This document shows positions 24,752 through 38,790 of a stretch of DNA of 64,000 nucleotides, one piece after another. Position numbers and translations under genes: made by a program. The DNA comes from Lytechinus pictus. Lineage: Eukaryota. The notes beneath the pieces are model-generated. The model was not told the origin of the DNA. It saw nothing but the letters and a program-made list of their open reading frames with translations, and did no database searches. Numbering within the stretch: the stretch's first letter is position 1; each line of letters opens with the position of its first letter. Location of the stretch: the NCBI RefSeq assembly GCF_037042905.1, contig NC_087252.1:15378001-15442000 (forward strand), written 5' to 3'.

Positions 24752-27700
24752 AAGTAATATATTGTGAGTTATTGAGTTAATTATGATTTTTTTTTAAAGC
24801 AAATTAATCTTCAAACAAATGGATACACAAATATATGTATGTTATCAACCCTCTGAGTATTGAAATCGAAAAAGTTAGTGTAGGCAATGCTCTTTCCTAT
24901 TTTGGGGGGTGAGCTTTTTTGTTTGCTGGTGAATTTTCTGACCTGCTTTCATCTGGCCCATCTTTCATTATAAATACGAATGCTAATTAATCTTCAAATA
25001 AGGTAATGTGCAAATATGTTATCAATCATTTGAGTATTGAAATGTAAGAAGTAAGTGAACAAGTGATTTTCATTCTTATTTTTGGAGTGAGTTTTCTGTT
25101 TGCTGGTGAATTTTCTTACAGCTTTCCACTCACCCCTTTCTTTCACTACTATAAGAATGAAGCATACTTAGCCTACATTGTATTAGGGATAGACTTAATG
25201 CTTTTGGATTGTTTTGATTTTTGTGAATTTCAAATCATAATATGGGAGAATAACAACTTAAAGATGAAGGAATGTTGCCAATATTGAAAAAAAATTGGTT
25301 GATGATAAGATAGAAAATCTTGTCCTTTTTTCAAAACCAGATGGAGTTCACCCAAACAAGGAATGTCTGCTTGTAAATTACATCAATCGCAATCCATCGA
25401 TTCCTCTCCTACAAAGAAATAGAAATACCTCAAATAATGTAATAAACTTGAAGAAATTGAATGTGATAAATTGACAATGATGAACTTGCCACAGAAAATT
25501 AAGAAAGGGGGGGGGGGGGGGCAGAACTCGGTCGGTGTAGATAACATATTTCATGGTGAGGAGAGACACCTTATTCTTCTTTGTAACCATCCACCTAAAC
25601 CTTCCCATGCTTTATGAGATCCTTCGGCCTCCATAGCCCAAGAAAATCATTTTATGTGTCATGAATTTATCAGATTTTTCAACACTCATACTACCAGTGC
25701 TATTCGTGTACTAGTTGGCCTAATATAGTTTTATTTTATCTATAGGCTTTAATAGGCCTACCAATGCTCTGCTTCTTTTTATTTGCCAATTTCAACATTT
25801 TACAGTAGGCCAATCAATACCTCTCTCCTTCATTCCTCTTCGCACTGTTTTTTATTGATACTGTATGTCGATGAGCCTACATTGTCAATTTTTTGGGTAT
25901 AGTATATTTGGGTGAACTTTTCTTATTTCAACCCTTAAGCGGTCTCTTCTATTTTTGTTCGTTCAATCTCGTTTCTGTGTCGCTATTTCTCCCTATTTTC
26001 CCTCACTCTTTTCTCCCGGTAAAATGTCACCCCATTTATGAACATGATAATAATTTCCATCCATAAAAAGCCGCCTGGAGGTACATTTTTGGCCCTGGAA
26101 TCGATTGGAAAAAGGGGGATTTATTTAGAATGAGCGAGCGAAAGAGGGTGCAAATGTGTGGGAGGGGAAAAGAGAAATGACTACAAGTTTTTTTTTTTCT
26201 CCCCATTTGTATTATGACTTGGGCTGGATTTTGTTTTTCGTAAGCACAACTTACATTAGAGACTTTATTGTTGGGGGAGAAATGGGCCTTTTGTGAGGGA
26301 AGAAACTCTTGTGACCTCTTGTTTGTAAACCCTAAGAGGTCACGGATTGTTCCATTCCCAAGATGCCTATTATTTTTTCTCTGACCTCATTTTTAGGTTG
26401 AGAGACGAGATTTCATGATACATAGTGATGGTATGTAGGGGTTAAGGCAGTGCAGTGTTTATGTGGTCGCACATCAAAGCTTCCTTTCAGTCTTCTTGTA
26501 ATTCGACCATTATTGTTCCAATTCTATCCCCAAACTAGGAAATTACTTATTGTTTAAAGGTATACAAGAAGACGGTTTAGTTAGATTGCAGAAAATGTGA
26601 CTTGCAACAGCAAGTTGCTTGTGACATTTTATAGGCCTACCTTAAACAATTCAGTTTGTAATTCAGCCATTATTATTCAATTTCCATCCCATAAATAGCA
26701 AATCAGTTATCGTTTAAAGGCAGTCAAGACCATGAAGACATGTTAGATAGATTGCAGATAATGTGACTTTTAGTAGTAGACCTATGTTGCATCTGACATT
26801 TCCATACCTCTTAAATAGGTCATTCTCTTTCAAAGATACTAAGTACACAATGGCAGAAAATGTTTAAATAAACATGCAGTTAAAATTTTGAATTCAAAAT
26901 TTAATTATTATTGATTATCAATGCAGGGTGTTACGAATTATCGTGTAGGATAAGCTGCTTTTCAGAGTATTGACTTTGTTTTGCAAGCTTAAGCCTGTGA
27001 GAGAACTGCTAATTAATGCAATTTATTATTTCAATTTTATGTTTGCATATATCTTTTACTTTTGAGTGATGCAATGACTTTTTATATCTGGCAATGATAA
27101 ACTTAAATCATTCTATCATTTTGAGGGCACATACATTATCTTGAAGATTAATTACTTTGTTTGTACAGTTCAAGTTTTAAGAAAATATTTGTACAATTTC
27201 CATGCAGTTCTATTGTTTTGCACATTTACCTTCTAAGTAGAGTAAAGTGGGTCACTGCTTAAATCAGCCAGCCTTCTAATGTACATATTTGCTCATTATA
27301 TTTTAATGACCATTTCCAATTCATTCATCATTTTATGACAGCATCTCAGTGTTTGCCAGGGAAGTTATCTCGACATGATCATGGTATGATATATTACTTT
27401 TAGGGAATAATTTACCACTGTAAACATTCTAAACCACCATGCTGCTATAAAATCTTGCTTTTATTGCATTTTTTTGGTTTAAATGTTGTCTCAGATATGC
27501 TTGTAAAGGGTGGACCTTGAAAATTGTTATCTGAAACCTTGGATATAGGAGATCGAATACTTATTATTGGTTGCTGTGATATCTCTTTCTTACTTCATCT
27601 TTTCAGTATGGAGTGAGTGTTCATGGGTACTGCTTCAGTCCGTGTTAAAATGCTTACAAGCACTTTCAAAGAATACATAAGTTATGTAAATCTTTTTGCA

Positions 27701-30700
27701 TAAATCTTGAGTCACTGTTCAACTGTGATGAACATTGTTACATTGGCCAGAGTGACCTAACTTATCTCTGCTTCTTGCATTAAGTACTGTTTGTGATTAA
27801 TCTCTGTAATGACTACATTGTTATTTGTTTTGATATGAAATAAATGAAAATGATATATTGATTGAGAAAAAAGAAAGAAACATTGTTATCTGAAAATGTT
27901 ACAAAGTTTAATGTTTCCATTCAAACAAGCTTTTCACTATTTTGGCTGTCTCGTCTATGAAAACAACATCTGATAACCTCTTTTGGATGGAAATCTTTTA
28001 TTATGACGAACTGCCACTGTTATTGAAGTAATACAAGATTTGTTTTCATGAATTTTGTCTTGTGTCTGTTTGCTGTCTCACTTTCGATCTTGAACCCCTT
28101 TGAACGATGATGTGATTTTCAACCTTTTTTCCTATGGTTTAACACCATTCTTTGAATATGCTCTCGAACTAAAAATCCAGTCTAGTTCAGTTTCATTTAT
28201 TTTTTACATCCTGCATTAAAAAGATATCCAATTAATTTGTGAAAAATGGTAAAGTAAAACAAAAACTATTAAAACAGACCAAACAAACAAAAAGTTTTAA
28301 TTTTCTTCTTCCCCAATATAGAGAGTGCTAAAAAATGATATGTAATGAGAAAGGGGGGCTTGGGAGAAAGCTATGCAGGGTAAATCTAACTTTAAGCTCA
28401 AATTATGTGTTTTTTCTGTAATGTTGGAATAATATGTTAAGACAGGAATATATGAAGAGACATCTATTTATTCATAATTTCTCCGTTTAAGTCCAGAATT
28501 GCCTAATTTTGTGGCTGTGGTTTTACCAACTCACCCAAGAATTACCTTGATTGTGAAAAGTTCACTGCTACCACCGTCATAATTGAACAATGATTTAATT
28601 TCTCTTGTGGTAGTATTATCATTATCGTAAGTGTAAATTTTTAGAGCTTGCAAACATTCTTTGTCCGTTTAACAAACCCCCCAAACCCTCTCACGGTTGA
28701 AGGTTTAACCTAGAAGTTTCAAATGACACCGAATCCAAAACCCAAAGAGTCTTGTAATTTTTTCTTTGAACTCACTTTATCTTCTTTATATAAGTTTCGG
28801 GTGTCATTTAATCGTATTGTGTAATCCCTTTGCCTGAGTTTGATTTGAAATAGAATTTGAAAGCTGGGGTACAGATGTAATTAAATGAAATATTTTTGAA
28901 CAATTTTGAAAAGTAAAGAATGTATGCACATGCAAGAGATAGATACAGTAGATAGTTAGATACATGGTAGATATATAGGGAAAGGTAAAAAGGTAGATAG
29001 CTAGATAGATAGATAAAAATAGATATATATTTATATATATATATATATAGATAAAAATAGATACACGTATATAGATAGATAGAGAGAGAGAGATAGATAG
29101 ATAATAGATAAATATGTCGATAGATCATTAATTTGAGATAGATAGGGAAAGAGGGAGAGAATGTAAATTAAAGGAAAGAGAATGGAATGAGAAGAGAAAG
29201 ACAAATTTTGGGAGAAGAAAGAGGAGAGGAAATAAAAGGAGAAATTAATATTGTGAAGTAGAATTTCCTTTCAAATGTGATATCGTAGTTCTTTTGTCAT
29301 AGTCAACAAATCTTTCTGATTTTAAAATGCAATTCAGTTTACATTTCAAGTTGCTTTCTTTCCCATCTAACAATACTTCTTTACAAAGAAATATGATTAT
29401 AAAAACATCAACCTTCGCAGTGGGAACTCTTGAGTCTAAGAATTTGTTTTCAATTTCAGTCTGAAATAATGCTTTGAGTTAGATGATTATTCAACTTATG
29501 GAGTGTTGTCTAATTATTATCTTTAAAGTACAAAATGCCATTTAAAATGTAACGTACACAACACTTTTTACTATACGAACCTTACAGTAGTGGTTTAGCA
29601 GTTAAAACAACCATGCTTAGTTTATTGACAATTAAATATTAAAAATTTAACTTTGTTGTTTAAGATTTTAAACATTTCATCTGTAAAATTGTATCTGATT
29701 TATATTATTTTGTATTATGTTTTAAATGGAATGGAAATGAAATAAAGAATTGAATTGGATTGAATTGTTTGAACTACTTCTGTGAGGTTCATATATAGTA
29801 AACAACAATGTGTAAAATCTTAAACATTGTTTTTACTGTGTACTGCAAGATAGCCATACCACATGTAGTAAATTACTCATTTCAAAGTTGCTTGAGATGG
29901 GTATTACATAACAAATGCATAGCTTATTGTGTGTGAGGGAGGACTAGCGCTCCCCTATTTCTCCACGTACTGCTGATGATTTTCACGCAAATTAATTACC
30001 CCCACACAACGGCTTACATCTCAAGTAAAAGTTGCTCTCAGGTGGTTTGCGAGCCTGAGATTTCTCTTAATCATTCATTGCATAATAATCACTCCAGTAT
30101 GAGCATTCAAAATAGGATTAAGAAAACGTAATAATGACTCCTCTGGGATAACAACACAAAATCAGTGTGTGGGACTAGGTGTTGATTAAACCCAAAATGG
30201 GTTGAAGTTAGTTTGTTGGTTTGAATGATTTCCATATGAGGCCAGTGTGTATATCATTTTTATATGTACATTGTGAGTGAATTCATTTGCATATTAATGT
30301 TATTTAACTTTCTATGTTGTGTCCATCATGTAGCAGCAAATTCAGTTTATACAATTATGATGTACTTATTTTCATTGCTCAGTGTTTTTTTATTTTATAT
30401 ATCTATAGAAATCTGAACAATTCAAAACATAACAAACCAATTGATGTGCTCAGTCTGAAATGAACTTTTGAAATAAGACTTTGAACTATACTGCTCTTGA
30501 AAATGATCTTCAAATATTTATGTTTATATAACAAAGTATATTAAAAAAATTATTCAAACATCATGATATTTTGTTGCTTTGTAATGTGTTAAGCTATTTC
30601 ATATTATTAAACTATGCTACAGAATTATCATACATTCTTGACATTGGTATATAGCCAGTTTTGTTTTTACTTAATTTGATATAATTGAGGACTCCATTTT

Positions 30701-31058
30701 TTTCTCAAAATGGTGCATGAATTTGACACCACCATTGAAAGCATATCTACTGAACAAACCAGCCGCAGGAACGAGAGAAGTCGTAACGAGAAGGCACCTG
30801 TCTAAATTCAGCCCGTGGTGGTGTTCTGGTATGCGTCACTCTTCTTAATTGGGGCGTGTATTATATGTTTCCTATATTATTTTCATCCCAGATTAAACAT
30901 GTTTTTGTCTTTTCTAATATTTTTATTATTTTTTTAATGATTGAATGTTTTATTGATTTTCATAAACATATTAAGCAAAAATCAGAAAAAAAATCACTGA
31001 AATAGTGCCGGTTAAATCAATGCCACAAGTTGATATGTATAAATCACATAATTATGAT

Positions 31059-31064
31059 ACTACT

Positions 31065-31097
<33 letters not shown>
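31059..31097. repeat. (ACT)n/(AAT)n microsatellite
   Basis: Direct reading. Also (ATG/AAT)n at 22465-22630, (ATC)-rich 34930-35340, (CA)n 50759-50797. Confidence 0.9.
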
Positions 31098-31107
<10 letters not shown>

Positions 31108-32202
31108 ATAATAATAATTTCACAATATTTATTTTTCATACGTTTGTAATATTTGTATTTGTCATGTAGGGCCTACAAGGACAATAGTATACATTTACTG
31201 ATGGAGCTTGCCTACAATAAAAGAAGACACATATATAATTGAATAAATACATTTTAAGCAATCATTTAATTAATTCTGCCTTTGTAAAGGAAGCACAAGC
31301 AAACTCACAGAATAGTTGCTATCTATTTCACCTGTATTGATACCAACCATATCCCCCTACCATAAATAAATCATTTTATCACCAAGAAGTATATGATATG
31401 AATGTATTGATTTTCTTATCCAGGACGTTTATTTCAAATCTAAATGCTAAGTGATACTAGGAGAGAATGGTTGATAATTTGATCCTTTGCTGGTCAATGG
31501 AAGGAGAAAAATGCATTGAAGGTGCGCATAATTTGCGATTCTATACGCAATTTGTGATTTATGACTTTTCCTAAAGTGACAGGTGTCAATGGGGGGTCAG
31601 CCATTGTGTCCACTCGATTATCAAAATTACATTTTGGCTCGAGTATCTCCTTACGCACCACGGGCATGCGGAAAAGTTAAGAATGGAAATGAACGGGATG
31701 TTTAATTCACATTGCTCCGTCGTCAAGAGCTTCCCATTCATCATCTCTTAGTCCCGGCAATGCATTTTGATGTGGTGTTATTCCTCAATGAAGGTTTCAA
31801 ATGTACGTCCCTTAGTCCCAGACCTGCATTGTGATGTGGTGTCCGCTTTTCTTTTGTCAAGAGGACGCGAACGTGGAAATGCCTCTGCAGTGTTTGACTC
31901 ATCTGCGGAATACCTGAATTGCAAATTTTTCCTCTATTCCTTATCTTTCTCGACTATCTGGTATTTCATATCGAATTCCAAAAGAAGCTCGCTACTATAG
32001 TACGGTGATTAGATGAAAGAGATAATGTAGTGATTTGGTTGTAATGCTATTTACTACTCCTAGTATTCTGTTGAATGGTTGTTCTTGGGTAGGAAAGCAA
32101 AGCATATATGACTCACACTACATCACTGAATACTGGTAGGTGTAAATGTCTTTGAACTATGATTCTAAAATGCTTGAAAACATAAATTTGTAAACAGCTA
32201 GA

Positions 32203-32382
32203 TAGTCTGCTGTGCCAACCCTTCACTCGAGTTAAGGGTCTGAATGTACAGCCTACTTATGCCTTGTGTACTGAAGGCCCACTCGCTCAGGAATTGAAAC
32301 AGCAAGTTTTGTATATGCTAGTCTTTGTGTGGAGACACACTTGTTGATCAAAGTTTCAATCAGGGTCTGTGCCTGCAGACTA
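32203..32382. mobile_element. 180-bp MITE with perfect 9-bp TSD
   Basis: ACAGCTAGA|TAGTCTGC...GCAGACTA|ACAGCTAGA. Confidence 0.8.
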
Positions 32383-32655
32383 ACAGCTAGATGTGAGTGA
32401 ATGGGAGGGGGCAGAGACAGATTATTTTATTCCCCTCTTATTTTCATTTAACATGTCTAGAAAAATAAGAAACCATTCAATGACTAATTATATATGTTAC
32501 AATATTACAATATTGAGATAGTATGTGACTTCATTATTTTAGTATTATTGATAAATCAGAGTAATGTACACTGCCCAGTTGTGCGAAGATTTTATTATAA
32601 AGTCATTTACATTTTTAATTAATCATAACCCTGTGTATAATACTGCCGAAGTTAA

Positions 32656-33047
32656 AGGTAAAAGACAGTAGTTGCAGCAAACAATTATTTCATGAGAAAG
32701 TATTTTAAATCAAGGTTAATCATGTTAATTGTCAAAATATTATCATACATCTAGGTCGGGTACAATGATGTAAACTTATCTTTGTAAAATCATGAAATCT
32801 TAGCTCTGTTGTTCACTAACGCAAAAAAAAGCATATGTGGGACAGTGTATTAATATCGCTTCGGAAAATGCCTGACTTTTGATGGAATTCCGTGCTTATT
32901 TTGCTCATTTCTCAGCTATTACACATTTTTTCCAAAAATATTAAATGGCACATATTTTTTATTTATACATACAAACACCTTGGTTGTAATGTCATTGGAT
33001 TCTGTTCAAACTCATTTTTAGATCATTACCACAACTGGTATTTATCT
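32656..33047. mobile_element. Diverged copy of TTAA MITE family 2
   Basis: TTAA|AGGTAAAAGACAGT...ACTGGTATTTATCT|TTAA. Colinear with 48541-48934 (TTTCATGAGAAAG, GTGGGACAGTGTATT, GCTTATTTTGCT). Confidence 0.8.
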
Positions 33048-36000
33048 TTAATATGTTTCCTTTCATATCCCCATCCTGTAAAACATTTTTCTTGTACGAA
33101 GCACATATTCAAATCATTCTCATTCCCTCGGGTTATCAACCTGTAAAGGTGTAGGTGACAAAAAAGTCAGGTATTACACTTTGAAAATGATGCACTTTTA
33201 ACATCACCCCCAGTATTTATGTTCTACACATATCAGTGTATCTCATATCTCCTTAAGTAATGAGAAAAAAATGGAAGGAAATTGTTATCCATCTAATAAT
33301 GTGACGTGTACTATTCATTTTGGCTACATTTCAGTTCATACAGATTGCAGTGGAGCTGTATGGTTAGTCATACATGATATCCCATAATGATATTGACCCG
33401 GATTTCTTTTTCTCACCCCCAGACATATTAAAAATCGAATATGGGGCCGGAGCCCATATCCATATTTATCGTATTAATCAAATTCTTGTCAAAATTGCCC
33501 GCAGTCCCAGCAAGTGTGGATGGTATGAGCCGAGCATGAATCACACACACACACTCACAGCTTGTAATGTTGTATCGATAGGAAGTCAGCTTGTGTGAAA
33601 AGGGACGACGGCGGCGCTGTAAAAATGTGCCAAAGATTTTCTATCTAACATTTATGAGAAATCGGCGCCACCGAGGAATTTAGGAAATTTGGTAAATTGC
33701 TCAAGTATGCAAGAAGATGGTTGATTGCGGGGCTGTAATGATCCGGGGCTTTTCATTCCGACACGATTAGTAAGGGGATAAAAGTAGCAGTGTTGATACA
33801 GAATTAGCTTTCTTAGGATTTATGGGTTATCGTAATGAAATGCAAATAAACTAGCTTTGTATTCCAATGGAGTTGTGTACATTTTAGCAAACCATGCATT
33901 GGGTAATTGGGTTGATTAATGTTTCCACTAGTTGATATATAGTAAATTGTATAATAAGTACGTGTGTATGATTCATACATGAATATAGAATTTCATGTTA
34001 AATTGATCATATTGTGGTAGGTTAAAATGCAGTTAAGTTTTATTTTGGCTAAACAACAATTCATTTCTTAAGTTTACTAATGCTGTAATATGATATAAAA
34101 AACAATCTTGTATTCAATCGTCATATTGTGCCTTGTTGTTCGCCATGAAGAGATTGGGAAATTCAGATCTAGAGAAAAGTAGAAGCAGAAAGATTGAGAG
34201 AAAAGGAGATGAAAAGAGAGAGGGAGATAGATAGATAGAGAAAGAGAAAAAGGTAGAGAATATAGAAAGAAGAAGAGGGGGGGGGGGGTTGTGTACATGA
34301 GAGTTTAAATTGTATGATTATCATGTCATCGTATCTGATATTAAGTTCAATTGACAGCATTTCCCCCCATTTTTATCAGAAAATTAAAGAAATCTAGGAC
34401 TGATCACCAATAAATGATGATGTCAGCGAATAATAAATTACTAAGTCTATGATTATTGAGATTCCCTTTCGTAACCTCATATAGGTTTCATATATTCCAG
34501 ATTTTGTGATATATGGGGAGAAATGACCCATTTAATTAACATGGCACAAATGCGTCTGTATTAAGTGAATAGCATGTATGGGGATACAGACTTTATCATA
34601 GCATGCTTCCCTCCGATATTTCCACTCTCAAAACACAGTTGCTATAACAACTCATGTTTTCTTACATTGTGTACCATGTTGCATTATATATGGTTGTTGT
34701 GTAGAACTAATTAAGGTATTTTTCCTCATTTGCTGGAGGATGTTTTTTCAATTGATTTGGTCTTTTGAGAGTAGTCAGGTTGTCATGGTAACAGAAATGA
34801 TGAAAGTCCTTGACAGATAATGTGCGGTTTACATATTGATTTTGTGGTTTTTGAGAAATTTTAGCAAGAAAGAAGACACAGTAATTGTTGGCTATTATCA
34901 CCGTTTTTCCTATCATTTTATTTCTTCATTTCATAACCATCACTATCACATTATCAATTCTAGTTTTGTTAATCATACAATTCCATGTCTTGATTTTTTT
35001 TAACATGTGCATCACCATTGCCTTCATAATCATCATCATGATCATTGTCTCTTATAATTATCCTGATCATCATCTCCATAATCAATATTATCATCATCAT
35101 TATTGTCAATTCTTCATCTTTATCATTCCCTTTCCTACTATTATCCAGTGACATTTTGACATTCATTTCATATCACTATCACCACATTACTTCATCTGTA
35201 TTTCATGATCATTATGAATGTTACCTTCATGATCTTCATTACCATTGTCATTGTCAATTCATCATCTTTATCATTCATTTTTCCCATCGTTATTTTGTGA
35301 CATTTAGACATTCATTTCATAGCATTATCACCGCATTCCTTCATCCACACGTCGATATTGTTTGTTTATCTGATATTTTATATCAACCTACATTGCCCAT
35401 TGATGAAACTAATATTCAGATCCACTCATTATATAGCTCATTCATTTATTAATATCTACCTTAAACATCATAATCACTCCCTTTTACTACTGTTTTCAGT
35501 TGACATAATTTAAACAAAAACTAGTCATAAATAGTCATATTACTAATTTACTTTCCCCACAGTGTCCATATTTCAATATCGTTTGTTTATATGATATCAA
35601 CCGACAGCATCCATTGATAAACGTTTACTTTCACATCTCATCATAGTTTCTGCCTTTATTAATATCAACCTAAAACACCATATGCCTTGGGAAGTATCAT
35701 ACTTATATTAGAAATGCAATTTATTGCGTGGAATGTCCCTTCGAAAACTAGGTCTTTGAAAGGGACGGAGGCATCGAAACCATTTCAATTGATCAACAGG
35801 CCTCATGGAGCCAATGCAGCAAGGAAACTTGTCCCAATGTTTTCCAGCGGGCTCAAAATCTGTGAGATAATTTGGTGTCGGGTTTCAGCAAGAATTTCCA
35901 GTGTGCCCGAAGCATCGGCGTCGGAGGGCAACGAGGATGAACGGACCGGCGACAAGGGGGCACGTAGATACCCCCTCCCGGTGTCATCCAGGCACTGTCG

Positions 36001-36755
36001 TGGTGTGGGGAACCTGGGCAGGTGTTGGGCCGGTAGGAGAACGCGAGCCGATAATGAGATTGGCTCGTGTGTTCGGCTACCGCTTGTTGCGCTACTTAAC
36101 AAGCGCCATGTGATATTAGGACTGGCAGCCTAGGAATTGCTGTACAGTCCGATCGGGTCACTGATAGAGACACCATATTGGACTTATTGGCAGGGATGCG
36201 TTTGTACTATCCATTCTTCATTAGGGGAATTTGGAATAATTGTGTAGGTGTGTTGCGTGGTCGAAATGTCTGGAAGAGTGATTTGGCCTGGAGTAATCTA
36301 ATAACAACAATACCCGAGAAACAAAGTGATTTTCATTTGTATATTTTTTAATACATATTTAAGGAAAGACTGCACACCAAATAGTATATTCATCAGCATT
36401 TAAGTTAACATTTTTGTAATAATAATACCAGATACAAAGTGATTTTTATTTGTGTATCTTTTTTGTATTATATGAAAGACTCCACATTAAACAGTATATT
36501 GATTGGCATTTAGGTTAACATGCTTGTAATTATGGGAAAAAAAGTGTTCTTCCCTATCCTCAATTAGCTATTTATGTATTATGGTTAGGAGTCTGTGTGG
36601 GGGGGGGGTGACTGGCAAAACAAAAAATGTATTTTATATTTTAAGAAATCAACCATCACGGAATGCTAGTGGGAATATTTGATTATGAAAGTGATGAATA
36701 ACACTCAATGCAACTAGTATGGTGAAATGAATCTAACATGTATGGCCAATGTATA

Positions 36756-37227
36756 CACAACATAAACTGTGGTGTTGGATGGTGTACATAGAGCACTACA
36801 CAAAACAGTTTACTCTGGTGTTACTTTGTGGTTTTAGTTTTAGTTAAAACACTCATAGGTGTTTTCAGAACACCTTTGGTTGTAAATTGTACACTCTTTA
36901 GTGCTATGTTAAATCTCTAGGGTGTAATTTTAACACCTGAAGGTGTGGTCCTCTAGGAACACCAACCGGTGTCATTTTTAACACCCAATTCTTTACACAA
37001 TACGCTGTTTAAAATGTTATACCACGCTGTTTACTCTGATGTTATAGACCTTACTGTAGTAGTTTAACAGTTTAAACAACCATGCTTAATTTATTCATAA
37101 TTGAATATTAAAAATTGAGCTTTGTTGTTTAAGATTGTATACACTAGTTTAAACCATTTAAACAACTACTGTAAGGTTCATATAGTTGCATAAAAGAAGA
37201 TCAAACAGCAGTTTACTGTGTACAGAG
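36756..37227. mobile_element. ACACC-family MITE with a nested TTTAAAC-family MITE (36996-37220)
   Basis: Outer TA|CACAAC...CAGAG|TA. Inner TA|CACAATACGCTGTTT...AAACAGCAGTTTACTGTG|TA. The inner family recurs at ~29540-29840. Confidence 0.65.
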
Positions 37228-38124
37228 TATACATGTGTGACACGTACATGTGACATGTATGGCCAATGCATGTAATTATTCTCATTGTACATCTATTCAG
37301 GTGTACTATACGCTGATGGTCACTTTGATAATTTAAATTCATTCTCAAACCGTCCAACACCAAGTGAATGACTCACGATCCGACACTGCATCTTTTTTAG
37401 ATCAAGAGTCTAAAATCCTTGCATTTCGCTCAATTAACCATTCACACCAGGGCTGCATTGAAATATGCATGCAGACTGAAGGATTGGCCGCGTTGATCTT
37501 TTTAGCCCAGTGTGAAATATGGCAGCGTTGGATTCAAATCTGAGATTTAAGCCCGCTACCTCTGATTCATAGTGCAGGGTTACTATGGGGTAGAGAGTCA
37601 TTGGTTACATATCATGATGTCAGATGTAGTTAATAAGAGAAAAGGCTCTTTGGTTTCACGGATGCAACCATTGGATAAATAATACCCTTGCATTGTAATC
37701 AAACGCCAGATATGAAATTGATTACAGTTTTCCATTTGACAGAAGTGAAATTATCCTTATTGATGACAAAATGTCCCAATCTTATTTTGGCTTATTTCCT
37801 TATCCGAATGATTTTTTTCAATGAAGAAGTTGAATTAGTATAGGTGCGGGGCTGTCGTTTAAAGCCGTTGACTGGTAAAGCTTGCTAGTCATTCACAAAA
37901 TGTCTCAATCTAACTTGGGCTATAGATCCTAATCACAATAATTTATTTTCAATGTAACCATAAATGCCTAGTCGACCAGATTGATTTGAGGTAAAATCTA
38001 TTTTATATATAATAAAGGAGGACATTTGAAGATGAATATACTGCAGTATTGAAAAGAACTCCTATAATTTGAGATTGAATATTAGAATTGATAGATGCTA
38101 TCTAAAATTCCAAACTACTATCAT

Positions 38125-38337
38125 TTTTATTATTTGTTAACATTTATTTTGGGTTTGGCTTCACCTGTGCCTGGGAGACAAAAATCCTACCGAATCACCT
38201 CGACCCCCAGGTATCTCCTCCATCAACGTTAACACACAATGCAGGCTTCAGTCATCTATGCGGGATGGACTCGAACCCACGATCTTTAGTCCTATAGGCA
38301 GATGCTTAACTGACTTGAGCCAACTCACTCCCCTACT
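38125..38337 (-). mobile_element. tRNA-derived SINE, third family
   Basis: Minus strand: TGGCTCAAGTCAG, B box GGTTCGAGTCC (38267-38277), A-rich tail. Confidence 0.7.
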
Positions 38338-38429
38338 CAAAGATTGCAGTTCATTGTATGGAGAAAGTAGGCACGGATATGAAAGGAACCTCAGGGAAAA
38401 AAGGCTGTAAAAAGATATTTATGTATTTA

Positions 38430-38790
38430 TAAGTCTTTTTCTTTAGTAGGATGGCTCCATCAGTAATAGGCATCCTGTTGTCCTTGGAGGCCCTACAAAA
38501 AAAATAAAACCATTACAAACAAAATTATGAAAAACGTACAATGTGAAGTTTAAGACACACAAACTGTAAAGAAGAGAACATAAAACAACACAAAGGGCCA
38601 GTTTATAGATTAAAGCTATTATAACGCCAAAATAAAAGACTAAAGGAGGATTCTGATTGGACATTTCTTAAAAAATAAAGTAGATTATTCCAAATGGATG
38701 CACCATTTGAATATACCAAACAAACTTGTATTTGTAAAACAGAACAAATCCTCCAATTAAAGTGGGGTATTTGTATGATATGATACAATT
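38430..38790 (-). mobile_element. CR1/L2-like LINE 3' fragment
   Basis: Remnant YSNGASIWNNLLYFLRNVQSESSF resembles the G..LWN.LP..LR...S...FK end of CR1/L2 ORF2. 3' UTR GTAGGGCCTCCAAGGACAA...ACTGATGGAGC recurs on + at ~31165-31225. Confidence 0.6.

Noticed and set aside
35687..36133. 148-aa ORF as a host exon
   Set aside because: No recognisable motif or convincing splice pair. Openness is explained by GC content.
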